Positions 16,901-31,542 of a stretch of 64,000 bases of DNA are shown here, piece by piece. Below the pieces are notes generated by a model, which worked only from the letters and a program-made list of their open reading frames with translations, was not told the origin of the DNA and did not search any database. The number at the start of each line of letters is the position of its first letter. Position 1 is the first letter of the stretch. The position numbers were made by a program, and so were the translations under genes. The DNA lies in contig CP068257.2 in NCBI GenBank assembly GCA_009914755.4, positions 31,008,001 through 31,072,000 of the forward strand, given 5' to 3'. This stretch comes from the human T2T-CHM13v2.0 reference genome, Homo sapiens.

Positions 16901-17374
16901 TAACTACATGAATAAGGGAATTCTGCCTGATCTTTGAGCTATATGAGACATTTGGAACTGTAAATGGGATTCTGGAAACATCTAGCCTGATATCTTATTC
17001 TCAATGAGGTGCTGAGGCCTGAAAAGGTAATGTGGTGCCCAAAGATTCAAGTCTGGTGATCACCAGGCACCATACCAGATGGCCACTGATCCTTTTACCT
17101 AAAAAAAAAAAAAAATTTAATAAATTCTTCCCAAATTTTGTGGTCATAAGCTTTAAGAAGTGTTTCAAAAGTCAGATGACATAGAAACAAAAGAAAAGTC
17201 AATAACCACAGGACTTAACCCAAAAAAAAAACAGCCCTAAAGATGAAGATTCTAAACTATCACCAAGGAAAAAAAAGTTTATCCTTCTATTTGAAAGTGA
17301 ATCTTATAGATACATAATATATTTTTCTTTATGGGAATTATTATGGGTTTTCTCTTTCCTATTTTTATTACTTT

Positions 17375-17832
17375 TAAGGGAGGACACCACCCCACATATT
17401 GTCTTATGCCCAATTTCTGCCTCCAAAGAAAGAAGAAGTAAAAACTAAAAGGCAGAAATGGAAGCCACAAGCAGATAGCCCAGCACTGCGCCCTGGGCCT
17501 GGTGGTTAAAAATCAACCCCTGACCTAACTGTTTGTGTTACCTATAGATTTTAGGCCTGTATGGAAAAACATCATGAAAATCCCTGTCCTGTTCTGTTCT
17601 GATTACTGGTGCATGCAGCCCCCAGTCACATACCCCCTGCTTGCTCAATTGATCATGACCCTATCACGCGGACCCCCTTGGAGTTGTAAGCCCTTAAAAG
17701 GGACAGGAATTGCTCACTCGGGGAGCTCAGTTTTTGGAGACGCAAGTCTGCCGATGCTCCCAGCTGAATAAAGCCCTTTCCTTCTACAACTCGGTGTCTG
17801 AGGGGTTCTTGTCTGAGGCTCGTCCTGCTACA
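17375..17832 (+). mobile_element. HERV-E 5' LTR (LTR2-type); contains AATAAA at 17767-17772
   Basis: Aligns along its whole length with 22311-22770 (roughly 35-40 mismatches or indel columns by eye, about 92% identical); ends ...CTGCTACA. Confidence 0.8.
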
Positions 17833-17837
17833 TTTCT

Positions 17838-17855
17838 TGGTTCCCCGACCGGGAA
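17838..17855 (+). promoter_or_regulatory. Retroviral primer-binding site complementary to the tRNA-Glu 3' end (1 mismatch)
   Basis: TGGTTCCCCGACCGGGAA lies 5 nt after the LTR terminal CA; this is the canonical PBS-Glu of HERV-E. Confidence 0.7.
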
Positions 17856-18019
17856 GTGAGGTGATTAACGGATGGTCAAGGCAGCCCCTTAGGTGGCTTA
17901 GGCCTGCCCTGTGGCACATCCCTGTGGGGGACTCCGGCCAGCTTGAGCAATGCGGATCCTGAGAGCACTTCCGGGTAGGTAATTGCCCCGGTCGAACGCC
18001 TCACCACAGCAGCGCATGG

Positions 18020-19700
18020 CAGGCCCCCATGAGTTAAAGGAAAAACTTATGTTGGCCCCAGCCCTAGGACTACCAGATTTGACAAACCCCTTTACACTCT
18101 ATGTGTCAGAAAGATAAAAAATGGCAGTTGGAGTTTTAACCCAGACTGTGCGGCTCTGGCCAAGGCCAGTGGCCTATCTCTCAAAACAACTAGATGGGGT
18201 TTCCAAAGGCTGGCCCCCATGTCTAAGGGCCCTGGCAGCAATGGCCCTGTTAGCACAAGAAGCAGATAAACTAACCCTTGGGCAAAACCTGAATATAAAG
18301 GCCTTCCATACTGTGGTAACTTTGATGAATACCAAAGGACATCATTGGCTAACAAATGCTAGATTAACCAAGTACCAAAGCTTGCTATGTGAAAATCCCC
18401 GCATAACCACTGACGTCTGTAACACCCTAAATCCCGCCACCCTGCTCCCAGTATCAGAGAGCCTGGTCAAGCATAACTGTGTAGACATGTTGGACTCAGT
18501 TTATTCTAGCAGACCTGACCTTCGGGACCAGCCATGGGCATCAGCAGACTGGGAGTTATACATGGACGGGAGCAACTTCATCAATCCACATGGAGAAAGA
18601 TGTGCAGGATATGCGGTGGTAACTTTGAATGCTGTCATTGAAGCCAAACCATTGCCACAGGGCACTTCAGCCCAGAAGGCTGAGCTCATTGCTTTAACTC
18701 GGGCTCTAGAACTCAGTGAAGGTAAGACTGTAAACATCTACACTGACTCTTGATATGCCTTTCTAACCCTCCAAGTGCATGGAGCATTATATAAGGAAAA
18801 GGGCCTGTTAAACTCTAGGGGAAAGGACATAAAATATCAACAAGAAATTCTACAATTATTAGAGGCAGTGTGGAAACCTCAGAAGGTGGCAGTCATGCAC
18901 TGCAGGGGACACCAGCGAGCCTCCACCTCAGTGGCCTTAGGAAACTCCCAAACTGACTCAGAAGCTCGAAAAGCAGCATCTACCCCTTACTGTGCATCAG
19001 TAGCAGCCCCCTTACTCCCTCAAACACCTGACCTGGTACCTACCTATTCTAAGGAAGAAAAAGACTTTTTCCACACAGAAGTGGGGCAAGTAATAAAAGA
19101 AGGATGGATCAGACTGCCAGATGGGAAGGTAGCTGTGCCACAGTTGCTGAGAGCCACAGTCGTACTGGCCATGCATGAAACCACTCTTCTAGGTCAAGAG
19201 TCACTTGAAAAGTTGTTAGGCCGGTACTTCTACATCTCACACTTGCCAGCCCTTGCCAAAGCAGTAGCACAATGGTGTGTTACTTGCTGACAGCGCAATG
19301 TGAGGCAAGGCCCCACGGTTCCACCCAGCATACAAGCTTATGGAGCGGCTCCTTTTGAGGGTCTTCAGGTGGATTTCACAGAAATGCCAAAATGTGAAGG
19401 TAACAAGTATTTGCTGGTTCTTGTGTGTACTTACTCTGGGTGGGTGGAGGCTTATCCAACACAAACTGAAAAGGCCTACGAAGTAACCCGTGTGCTTCTC
19501 CGAGATCTTATTCCTAGGTTTGGACTGCCCTTACGAATTGGCTCACATAACGGGCCGGTGTTTGTGGCTGACTTGGTACAGAAGACAGCAAAGGCATTAG
19601 GAATCACTTGGAAACTACATGCCGCCTACTGACCTCAGAGTTCTGGAAAGGTGGAGCGAATGAATCAGACTATCAAAAATAGTTTAGGGAAAGTATGTCA
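18020..19700 (+). pseudogene. HERV pol remnant: RT connection, RNase H (DGSN..YAVVT..TSAQKAELIALTRAL..YTDS) and integrase (HCRGHQ zinc-binding region, core DFTEM..GNKYLLVLV..E); at least 3 in-frame stops
   Basis: ORFs 18121..18753, 18775..19290, 19300..19632(+) resemble MLV-like pol (LAPALGLPDLT, PVAYLSKQLD, WPPCLRA, HCRGHQ). Confidence 0.8.
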
Positions 19701-20236
19701 GGAAACAGGATTAAAATGGATACAGGCCCTTCCTATGGTATTGTTTAAAATTAGATGCATCCCTTCTAACAGGATACTCCCCTTATGAAATACTGTATCA
19801 TAGGCCTCCTCCTATACTAGGGGGACTTCCAGGCACTCCCCGAGAGTTAGGTGAAATTGAGTTACAGTGACAGCTACGGGCTTTGGGAAAAATTACACAA
19901 ACAATCTCAACTTGGGTAAATGAGAGGTGTCCCGTCAGCTTATTCTCCCCAGTTCACCCTTTCTCTCCAAGTGATCGCATGTGGATCAAGGACTGGAACG
20001 TAGCCCCTTTGCGGCCACAGTGGAAAAGACCTCACACCATCATCCTGACCACCCCCACGGCTGTAAAGGAGAAGGAATCCCAGCCTGGATCCACCACAGC
20101 CGTGTGAAACCTGCAGCTGCTGAAACTTGGGAGGCAAAACCGAGCCCAGACAACTCCTGAAAGTGACTCTGAGGAGGATGACAAGCCCTGCTCCAGTCAC
20201 ACCCGGAAGCTGACTGGTCTACGCACGGCCGAGGCA

Positions 20237-22285
20237 TGAGGAGAATCATCGTGGGACTCATTTTCCTTATAATTTGGACTTGTATAGTAAAAACTTCCAC
20301 TGATTTTCCCTGCATAGAAGACTGCTCTCAGTGTATACATCAGGTTACTGAGGTAGGGTAACAAGTTAAAACAATCTTTCTGTTCTATAGTTACTATGAA
20401 TGCCTAGGAACTTTAAAAGGAACGTGTTTATATAATGACACTCAGTACGAGGTATGTAGCCTAGGAAACGACTGCCCAGATGTGTGTTATGATCCCTCTG
20501 TGGCCTCCCAGGTCCACAGTTTTTGAAGTAAGATTAAGGACTGAAGACTGATGGGGACTTGTAAATGATACAAGTATTAGCCAAAACAGAAGAAAAAGGG
20601 GTGCCCAAACGCATAATCTTGAAATTTGATGCCTGTGCTGTCATTAAGAGCAATAAGTTAGGAAGGGGTGTGGCTTTTGATTGGGAAAAAGGCTATATGA
20701 CCAAAAATAAGTATATTTGTCATGAATTAGGACTGTGTGGAAATCAATGTGGATACTGGTGTCATTTGGGCCACTTGGATAAAAAATGAAAAGGATCCAG
20801 TGCAGCTTCAGAAAGGAAAAAGTGGCCCTTCCTGTACTAAGGGACAATGTAACCCCTTAGAGCTAGTAATAACCAATCCCCTTGATCCTCGCTGGAAAAA
20901 AGGGGAGCGTGTGACCTTAGGAATCAATGGGGCTGGACTGGATCCTCGAGTAAATATCTTAGTTCGAGGAGAAGTTTACAAACACTCTCCTGAGCCAGTG
21001 CTTCAAACTTTCTATGATGAACTAAATGTGCCAGTACCAGAAATTCCAGGAAAAACAAGAAATTTGTTTTTGCAATTAGCCAAGCATGTAGCCTAGTCTC
21101 TCAATGTTGCTTCACATTATGTATGTGGAGGAACTGTAATGGGAGATCAATGGCCACGAGAAGCCCGAGAATTAGTACCTACAGACCCAGTTCCTGATGA
21201 ATTCCCAGCTCAAAAGAATCACCCTGATAATTTCTGGGTCCTAAAAACCTCAATTATTGGACAATATTGCATAGCTGGAGAAGGAAAAGAATTCACTCAC
21301 CCCGTAGGATGACTTAGTTGTCTGGGACAGAAACTGTATAATGGTACCACAAAAACAGTCACTTGGTGGAGTTCAAATCACACAGAAAGGAATCCATTTA
21401 GTAAATTCCCAAAGTTGCAAACCGTGTGGACCCATCCGGAGTCCCACCAGGACTGGACAGCCCCCACTGGATTATACTGTATATGTGGGCATAGAGCTTG
21501 TGCCAAATTATCCAACCAGTGGACAGGTAGTTGTGTTATTGGCACTATTAAACCATCTTTCTTCCTACTGCCCATAAAGACAGGCAAACTCCTGGGTTTC
21601 CCTGTCTATGCTGCCCGAGAAAAGAGAAGCATAGCTATAGGAAATTGGAAAGATGATGAATGGCCCCCTGAGAGAATCATACAATATTACAGACCTGCTA
21701 CTTGGGCACAAGATGGCTCGTGGGGATACTGGACCCCCATTTACATGCTCAACCGAATCATACGGTTACAAGCTGTCTTAGAAATAATCACTAATAAAAC
21801 TGGCAGAGCCTTGACTATACTGCCCTGGCAAGAGTCTCAGATGAGAAATGCTATCTATCAAAATAGATTGGCTCTCGACTACTTGCTAGCAGCTGAAGGT
21901 GGGGGTCTGTGGGAAATTTAACCTTACTAATTGCTGTCTATACACAGATGATGAAGGGCAAGTAGTTGAAGACATAATTAGAGATATGACAAAACTGACA
22001 CATGTGCCTGTGCAAGTGTGGCATGGATTTGATCCGGGGGCCATGTTTGAAAAATGGTTCCCAGTGCTAGGAGGATTTAAAACTCTTATAATAGGAGTTA
22101 TAATAGTAATAGGAACCTGCTTACTGCTCCCTTGTTTGCTACTTGTACTTCTTCAAATGATAAAAAGCTTCATCACTACCTTAGCTCACCAAAATGCTTC
22201 AGCGCAAGTGTACCATATGAATCACTATCAATCTGTCTTGCAAGAAGACATGGGTAATGAGGATGAAAGTGAGAACTCCCATTAA
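20237..22285 (+). pseudogene. HERV env remnant: signal peptide and SU fragments with stops; furin site AREKR|S (about 21613-21630); TM with ISD-like [17 protein letters not shown]6CC ([10 protein letters not shown]) and a membrane anchor; one frameshift near 21900
   Basis: ORFs 20737..21096, 21415..21921, 21899..22285(+); gamma-type TM motifs; the final ORF ends 13 nt before the PPT. Confidence 0.75.
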
Positions 22286-22310
22286 TGAGTGAAGTTCTCA
22301 AAGGGGGGAA

Positions 22311-22770
22311 TAAGGGAGGAGACCACCCCTCATATTGTCTTATGCCCAATTTCTGCCTCCAAAGAAAGAAGTGAAAACTAAAAGGCAGAAATGGAATCAC
22401 AGGCAGATAGCCCAGCACTGTGCCCTGGGCCTGGTAGTTAAAAATCAACCCTTGACCTAACCGCTTGTGCTATCTATAGATTTCAGACATTGTATGGAAA
22501 AGCATCGTGAAAATCCCTGTCCTGTTCTGTTCCATTCTGATTACCAGTGCATGCAGCCCCCAGTCCCATACCCCCTGCTTGCTCAATCGATCACGACCCT
22601 CTCACATGGACTCCCTTAGAGCTGTAAGCCCTTAAAAGGGACAGGAATTGCTCACTCGGGGAGCTCGGTTTTTGGAGACGTGAGTCCGCTGCTGCTCCCA
22701 GCTGAATAAAGCCCTTTCCTTCTACAACTTGGTGTCTGAAGGGTTCTTGTCTGCAGCTCATCCTGCTACA
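22311..22770 (+). mobile_element. HERV-E 3' LTR (LTR2-type); AATAAA at 22705-22710
   Basis: Direct repeat of 17375-17832; preceded by polypurine tract AAAGGGGGGAA at 22300-22310. Confidence 0.8.
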
Positions 22771-22923
22771 CTTTAAGGAAAGATAATTCTATTATCTGTT
22801 TACCTACAGATGCATATTTAAGTACAAAAAGACCCCAAGAAAATTTTAAAACATCTTGATTTAAAAAGGCATGTTTCACGACCCAAAATCTTAATGCAAG
22901 TATTTTCTCAAGTATAGATATAC

Positions 22924-23082
22924 CTGTCCAGCATTTTTCTGATTGATAAGTTGATCTCCTGCTATAAGAGAATCCCAATTTTGCTGTCTTATGAGCTCTT
23001 TAACTTCTTCGTTAGGGAGATCGATTCGATAGTTGAAATCACCACACCAAAATACATAGTCATGGGAAAATAGCATCCTTCC
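22924..23082 (-). CDS. SYNJ1: SYNJ1 coding exon, 5-phosphatase catalytic signature ([53 protein letters not shown])
   Basis: ORF track 22891..23214(-); WCGDFNYR = inositol polyphosphate 5-phosphatase motif; acceptor gctttcag|GGAAGG, donor GGACAG|gtatat. Confidence 0.9.
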
Positions 23083-23917
23083 CTGAAAGCAATGAGATAG
23101 AATTTTAAATTCAAAACAATCAATGTTCAAAAATGTTTTACAACTATTTCTTTGCCTGAGATATGCTTGTCTCCTCCCATGTCCTGTTGCTTTGACCCAA
23201 CAGTAATAACACATGTGAAACGAAAATAAATCTCAGGACCCCAAAATCACTAAGCCCAGAGAAAAATCAAGCCAGGAACTATGACAGGTAAACCTGCCTC
23301 CCATTTTACTCCTAAATAAGATAGCTCCAAAGATAAGAAGCTACATAACTCCCTCACAATTTGCCCACAGGAAATTCCTTGTGGACAAAGTATAGACTGA
23401 ACTCAAAGTCATCCCTCTGAGACTCACCTGAGACAAATGCACATCTGACTGCTTCCTCTGCCCTATTGTTTATGCAAAAATGCAGATTCACTGAGCCACA
23501 CTAAATTGTGTATTCAGTGGAAGGCTGATCTAGGACTTAAAAGAATGCAACCTTTTGCGTCTTATCTACTTCTAACCTGGAAGCCCCCACTTCGAGTTGT
23601 CCTGCCTTACCAGACCAAACCAGTGTACATCATACACATACTGACTGATGTCTCAGGTCTCCCTAAAATGTATAAAAGCAAACTGTACCCCCGACCACCT
23701 TGGGCACATGTCATTCTGAATTCTGGAGGCTATATCATGGCCACATCCTTAACCCTGGCAAAATAAACTTTCTAAATTGACTGAGCCCTGTCTCAGATAT
23801 TTTGGGTTAATACACATGAAATATCTATTTAGGTGAATATTCTTAATGTTTCTAGGAACTATCTTAAATTTCCAAAAACATTGATGTAGAATTTGGGGCA
23901 AATTAAAATATATTTCA

Positions 23918-24163
<246 letters not shown>

Positions 24164-24421
24164 CTAAATCGCAGATTTGAAATTTCAAGAGTTCCATGTG
24201 CATAGGAAATGAGGAATATACATAATCATTTAAGTACACATGGTATGGTACTTTGAGGGCAAGCCTTTGAAATAGTACAGTGAAGCTATTGGTGAGTCTT
24301 TAATCAAAACCCCCAAAACCCCATTTTAAAACAAGAACTATGGATAGTTTTTGTTTGAAGAACTGAAACAATAAACATTCTAGGCTTTTTTCTTGTTATT
24401 TAATGGTAGGAAGTAGCCTTA

Positions 24422-24613
<192 letters not shown>

Positions 24614-25590
24614 TTAAAAAGGTATTGACAATAGCCTATTTTATGACAATTGTCAATTATACCTTTATCTACCCAAATATCCTGAGACTCTGAAGGAAGC
24701 TTAGGCTGTTTTTGTTTCCTTTAAAAAGGAAAATCTACAATTTAGCCAAAAGAAAACCACATTTCAAAATCTAATCTATTACTTCTTTACAAAGAAAATA
24801 TAAAGACATTAAATGGCTACTCACTGGGTGAGTAAATTCAAACTTATACATTTTACTTTTTCCTTAAGTATTCATTAAGATCACAGAGAAGTATAGAAGT
24901 ATCTGTGGGAGATTGGTTTCAGGACCTCCCATGATACCAAAATCCAAGGATACTCAAGTCCCTTACATAAAATGGAGTAATACTTGCATATAACCCATGT
25001 AAATCTCTCGTATACTTTAAATCATCTCTAGATTACCTATAATACCTAATACAATGTAATTAGTTGTTATATTGTAATGTTTAGGGAATAACGATACAAA
25101 AAAGTCTGCAAGTAAAAAAGACAAAAAAAAAAAGGCTACACATGTTCAGTATAGACACAATTTTAAAAAATATTTAATATTTTGATGAGTTGAATCCAAA
25201 GATGTCAGACCCATGGATAAGGACAGCTAACTGTGCACATATATGTGACTATATGTGCTTCCAAATACATTTCCCCACTTTTCAAAATTTTTCTAAATTA
25301 TAACTAATGTCTTTTTAAAAAATCTTGCTATGGGAAATTAGAAGACATAATCATTAAACAAACCACCATATACCCATTTCAAAATTACCAACATTTTGCC
25401 AATCTATTTTTTCCATCCTCTTCACCTTATCACATTTAAACATTAATAATTCCTTAATATCATCTAATAGTTTATACTTAAAGTTCCCCATTTATTAAAA
25501 AAAAATCTTCTAACAGTTGGTTTGTTTCTTTAAAAAGGGTCCAAACAAGGTCTACATATTGCATTTGCTTGTCATGTCTCCTAATCTCTC

Positions 25591-25716
25591 TTTTTTTCTT
25601 GAGATGGGGTCTCACTCTGTCACCCAGGGCTGGAGTGCTGTGGCAGGATGTCGGTTCACTGCAACCTCTGCCTGAGCTCAAGCAATCCTCCCACCTCAGC
25701 CCCGCAAGTAGCTGAA
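25591..25716 (-). mobile_element. Partial Alu (right-monomer fragment)
   Basis: tttttttcttgagatggggtctcactctgtcacccagggctggagtgctgtggc...cctcagccccgcaagtagctg, about 125 bp. Confidence 0.7.
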
Positions 25717-25988
25717 ACTCATTCCTCATCTTCTCAATGAACCTTATCTTGATCATTCATTTGAGACTTCCAACACTTCCCTGTGTCCCTATAGTTGATC
25801 TCCTTTTCCTCTCTTTTCCATTGCACTTTTCTAACATGCTGTATAATTTACTTATTGTTGTTATTGTTCACTGTCCGTTTCTTCCCACTAGAATACGAAG
25901 TCCATGAAGATAGGGATTTTTGTCTGTTTGATTCATTGGAGGTACTTAAGAGTGGTACTCAGTAGGTACTGCTTAAATAAATGAATAA

Positions 25989-26387
<399 letters not shown>

Positions 26388-26749
26388 TAAACCTAGCCTA
26401 AAGAAGAATTTGATTAAACTCTATTTAGACAAACAATTGATCCATGCACTTAGTACTAGGAACCCTCAGAGTTATAGTCTAGTTTAGGACCTGAATATAT
26501 TTTTCAGGAAACATAATCAAACAACAAAATGGGTGAAGTTGATTTCTTTCCAATTTTCCTGATGTGAATTGTTTTTCATTTTGCCTAATAAAATATTTGT
26601 CACTTGCAAGATTGATGACTATTTCAGCCTATAATTTTCTCCTAAAAATCTTTAAAAATGTCATAAAAGATGGGAAACTGCTGAAATTTAAAAGCAAGCA
26701 TACTTTGTTAAAATAAAACACTGAAGTTTTAAGCCTCACTCATATAATT

Positions 26750-27400
26750 TGTATTTATAATATGGATTCAGAACAGCGTTCCCAAAGTGTGATCTGGAGA
26801 CATCTTTGAGGGTTCCCAAAGCCCATGGGGTCACAACTATTTTCATCATACTATTAAGACATCTTTCACTGTGTTGACTAACATTTGCACTGATGGTGCA
26901 AAAGCAACAATGGGTAAAAGTGCTGGTGCTTTCACTCGAATTTAGGCACCAAACTATACTAGTCATCATTACAATCCCCACTGCCATATACTTGCAGGAA
27001 AAAAAAAATGCCACTTCGCCTAAGAATGTCCTTGATGAAGCAACAGACATTATTGATTTTATTAAAGCTCAACCCAGGTCACATCTTTTTAATATTCTGT
27101 GTGATACACAGGAAATACATACAAAGCACTTGTGTTGCATACTGACTTATGATCTGTAACAAAAAAAGAAAATGCTTTAAATTGTGAGTCAAACTGCCAC
27201 TTTTTTTTTGGAATACAATTTTTCCTTAAAAGAACTAATGACAGACGGTGGTTATTCAGATTTAGGTTATGTGGCATTTTTTTCAACTAAGCCTGTCTCT
27301 TTAAGAAAAACAACCAAGAGCATTTGTTTTCAATGGAAAAACTTGCGTTTTCAGGCAAAAATTAGTATTCTGGAAAACTTGTATCTGCTACCATGATCCT
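26750..27400 (+). mobile_element. hAT-Charlie DNA transposon remnant with transposase-like ORF
   Basis: ORF 26893..27159(+) ...NVLDEATDIIDFIKAQPRSHLFNILCDTQEIHTKHLCCILTYD resembles Charlie-type hAT transposase (as in GTF2IRD2/ZBED-like tails); the upstream TDGAKATMGK..ALE segment is also typical. Confidence 0.55.
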
Positions 27401-28293
27401 TACAGCTTCCCAACAATTATTTTCTGATGCAGTTACCAATGCTGGTAATTAACCAATATGATGCTTTGATATTATATAATGAAATGTGTTAAAATTTGGA
27501 AGTGCTACATAACTTAGGGAACCCAAGTGACCAATACATGATGTTACAAAATCACGCAAAGGTAAAAGATGAATTTTAGATAATAGAGCAGAAAAAGTTC
27601 ATCAATATGGTTTCAGATTCCATTTTGCAACTAACCTTTAGGACACTACCATTTGGTATAGTGTCTTATCCACACACTACACCAAGATAATACTTCTCTG
27701 TTATCTATACTACAGCAGAGAATAAATTATCTGTTTTGGTGTAGTATCAGAGAAGAAATTATCTAGAAAGGTTATTAAAATATTTCCTTTTCAAACTACA
27801 TAGTTATGTGATTTTTCTTCATATACTTCAATCAAAACAACATACTGCAGCAGACTGACACAGAAGTAGATGTAAGAATCTGGCTGTCTTAAACTAGACA
27901 TTAAAGAGATTTGGAAAACTACAAGACAGTGCCACCCTTCTCAGTAAATTTTTTGTTTTGAAAAAGTTATTTTTCAAAAAATTTATTTTAAGTTAGCATG
28001 TAATAGGTTTATTATTGTTTTTAAGTGAATTAAATGTTTTTAAATTTTCATTTTTAATTCCTAATATAACAAAGATATAAACAACATTAGCAAAAGTTAT
28101 TTAACATTCTCAATATTTTTAAGTGTGCAGAGAGATCCTCAGACCCAAAAGTATGAGAAATGCTCTTTTACAGTTTTACGAGCACCCTTCCATTTATTAT
28201 TTCAAACTATCCTTGTAACAATTACTTAATTATCTGTCCTCCATAGTTTCCCTCAACTGGCAAATTTTTCAGTGGATTAATGTGGCTAGCTTA

Positions 28294-28491
<198 letters not shown>

Positions 28492-29022
28492 TTAACCAAA
28501 TTCATATTAAAGGCAAACACTCTTGAGTGGAATGAAATTATTAAAATTTACTTTCTATTAGGGTGTCCTAAGTTTGCTTCTTTAAGACGGTTATCCTTGA
28601 AGATTCTTAAGCCCTTTCAGAATTCACTTTGAAAAAACTCTTGCTAAAGTTTTTACCAGGGACAGCACAGAAACAAATCATTTCTCAAATCAAAATCTCA
28701 CATAAAACTGGAGAGAGAAATTATTCAGAAAAGGCACAAAGAATAAAGTGACTGAGAAACTACCTCAAATTGCTGGTAACAGTTGGGAGGAATTTTTCAC
28801 ATTCATATTTGAAAAACATAATCTTGATCTTTTTGCTATTTTCTGGGTGAAAGAAATCCAGGAAAACTAGGAGAGATCCAGAAAGTAAGACACATCACTC
28901 TGTCTAGCTGCTGGCACTCTGGAAACTACAAGGACTAACGGAGAACAGAGCTGCCTGAGAAAGCAGCCCAGGGAGACTTCGGGTGCCCCAAGTTTCTAGA
29001 AATGAGGACAAATAGCTAGAAA

Positions 29023-29330
29023 GAGCCTATATGGCCAGATGCTACAGCCCCTGCCTGTAATGCCAAACACTTTGGAAGGCTGAGGTGAGAGGATCACTTG
29101 AAGCCAGGAGTTTGAGACCAGCCTGGGCAACATAGTGAGACCCCCATCACTACAAAAAAATAAAAATAAAAAAATTAGCTTAGCATGGTGGCATGCCTAG
29201 CTATTCAGAAGGCTGAGGAGGGAGGATCTCTTGAGCCCAGGAGTTTGAGGTTATCGTGACCTATGATATGGAGACTGCACCACTGCCTGGGCAACAGAGA
29301 AAGACCCTGTCTCAAAAAGAAAAAAAAAAG
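29023..29330 (+). mobile_element. Alu SINE with TSD aagagcctata
   Basis: ggccagatgctacagcccctgcctgtaatgcc ... poly-A; aagagcctata precedes and follows the element. Confidence 0.9.
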
Positions 29331-29469
29331 AAGAGCCTATAAATAGTCTGAACTAACACTGAAATTAAAAAAAAATTATTGACTGCTATTATGTGCAAGT
29401 CTCATGCATACATCATCTTATTTAAACTGCCATAAAAACATCTTCTAAGAAAGATTATTTTTATCTTTT

Positions 29470-29745
29470 ATTTACAAACAGGAAGCTTGCCCAAGTTCAC
29501 ACATAAAATGCAGCCTGGCATACACACTCTAAAGCCAAACTGCCTGAGTTCAAATCCTGGCTTTGCCACTACTGCACAAACATGGGCAGGTTCCTTCCCT
29601 TTCAATGTCTCAGTTTCCTCATCTGTAAAATTGGAATAATGGTGTCTATGAAATAATAGGTCAGCTCTGAGGATTAAATGAACACATGTAAGGTACATAG
29701 AATTATAGTGTTAGCTGTTATTTTATTATCATTACTATCACAACT
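29470..29745 (+). mobile_element. MIR SINE
   Basis: ctgcctgagttcaaatcctggctttgccact ... tctcagtttcctcatctgtaaaattggaataat ... gaggattaaatgaacacatgtaaggtacatag matches the MIR core and tail. Confidence 0.75.
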
Positions 29746-29782
29746 TCAAGTTAGGTTCAATTAAGTAAGAAAGGGCATTTTA

Positions 29783-30128
<346 letters not shown>

Positions 30129-30329
30129 TTAATAAAAAGTTTGGGGAGAATCCCAGGGTTTAAGATGAAACTGATGAAAAATAACTAAAAAAGAAAAATT
30201 TTATCTCACACCATTTCCTATACACATCACCCTCACATATAAAACTTGGTAATTATATACTATTTTAAAAAGGAATTAAAGTTAATTTTTAAAAAGAAGA
30301 AAATTAAGTTCATGATTCTAATCAAAATC

Positions 30330-30646
<317 letters not shown>

Positions 30647-30974
30647 CAAAACCTTAACAAAAGTATCCTCTGCTAAATGTTTGGTTCTGGCTATTTATTA
30701 ACAGTTTGGTGCAGAGAACCCAAACTGAATGCCAACAAAGTTTTTCAAGGATAAACCAGTGTTCTTAAGTTATTACATAAGTACCAATAAATATCACAAG
30801 TTTTATAAGGCTGCTCAAGACCCACTCTGACATTTCTTATCTTAGTAACTAAATAGAGGATTAAGAATTGAAAAATGGGACATAGTAGGTTTGAAAAATA
30901 AAACTCAAGTGATCAATTATATTTTAATTATGTAATTTTAATTAAAATTAATAAATGATCAATGTTAAATGGAC

Positions 30975-31012
30975 ATAATCTTGGTTTATGTCCATAATCT
31001 TGGTTTATGTCC
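30975..31012. repeat. 19-bp tandem duplication (ataatcttggtttatgtcc x2) embedded in a short palindrome (aaatggacat ... atgtccattt)
   Basis: Direct reading of 30961-31020. Confidence 0.8.
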
Positions 31013-31323
31013 ATTTAAAATAAAAACAAAACTAGATTTTCTTATATGTGTGGTTGCCTTCAAAGAAATCTATGTGTGAATTCCTATTTCCTGAGAATCA
31101 ATTATGGAAAAAAGATTTTTTGTTTTACCATCATATATTTTTATGAAGTAGAAAATAATGGTCTAGAAATTTTAAAAAGCTGAGATTTTAATAGATGTGA
31201 TCTTTAAAGATGTTGTTGGTCTTCAAATGTATAGCTCCAAGTTTCTTTCATCAATTAATGCATCCTCTGAAGTGCTATATTTGTTTTCTAGATCAATACA
31301 ACACAGTCAGGATTTATTAACTA

Positions 31324-31542
<219 letters not shown>

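Larger units (their letters stand above)
17375..22770 (+). mobile_element. HERV-E-type (gammaretrovirus-like, class I) endogenous provirus, internally deleted (gag, protease and most of RT absent), antisense to SYNJ1 in an intron
   Basis: Two ~458-bp direct repeats (LTRs) flank 4.5 kb of pol and env remnants. tRNA-Glu PBS TGGTTCCCCGACCGGGAA. 4-bp flanking repeat cttt at 17371-17374 and 22771-22774. Confidence 0.8.

Noticed and set aside
18121-18753. 210-aa plus-strand ORF as a possible host gene
   Set aside because: Clear retroviral RT-connection/RNase H homology, and it sits between two LTRs. It is the HERV pol remnant, not a cellular CDS.
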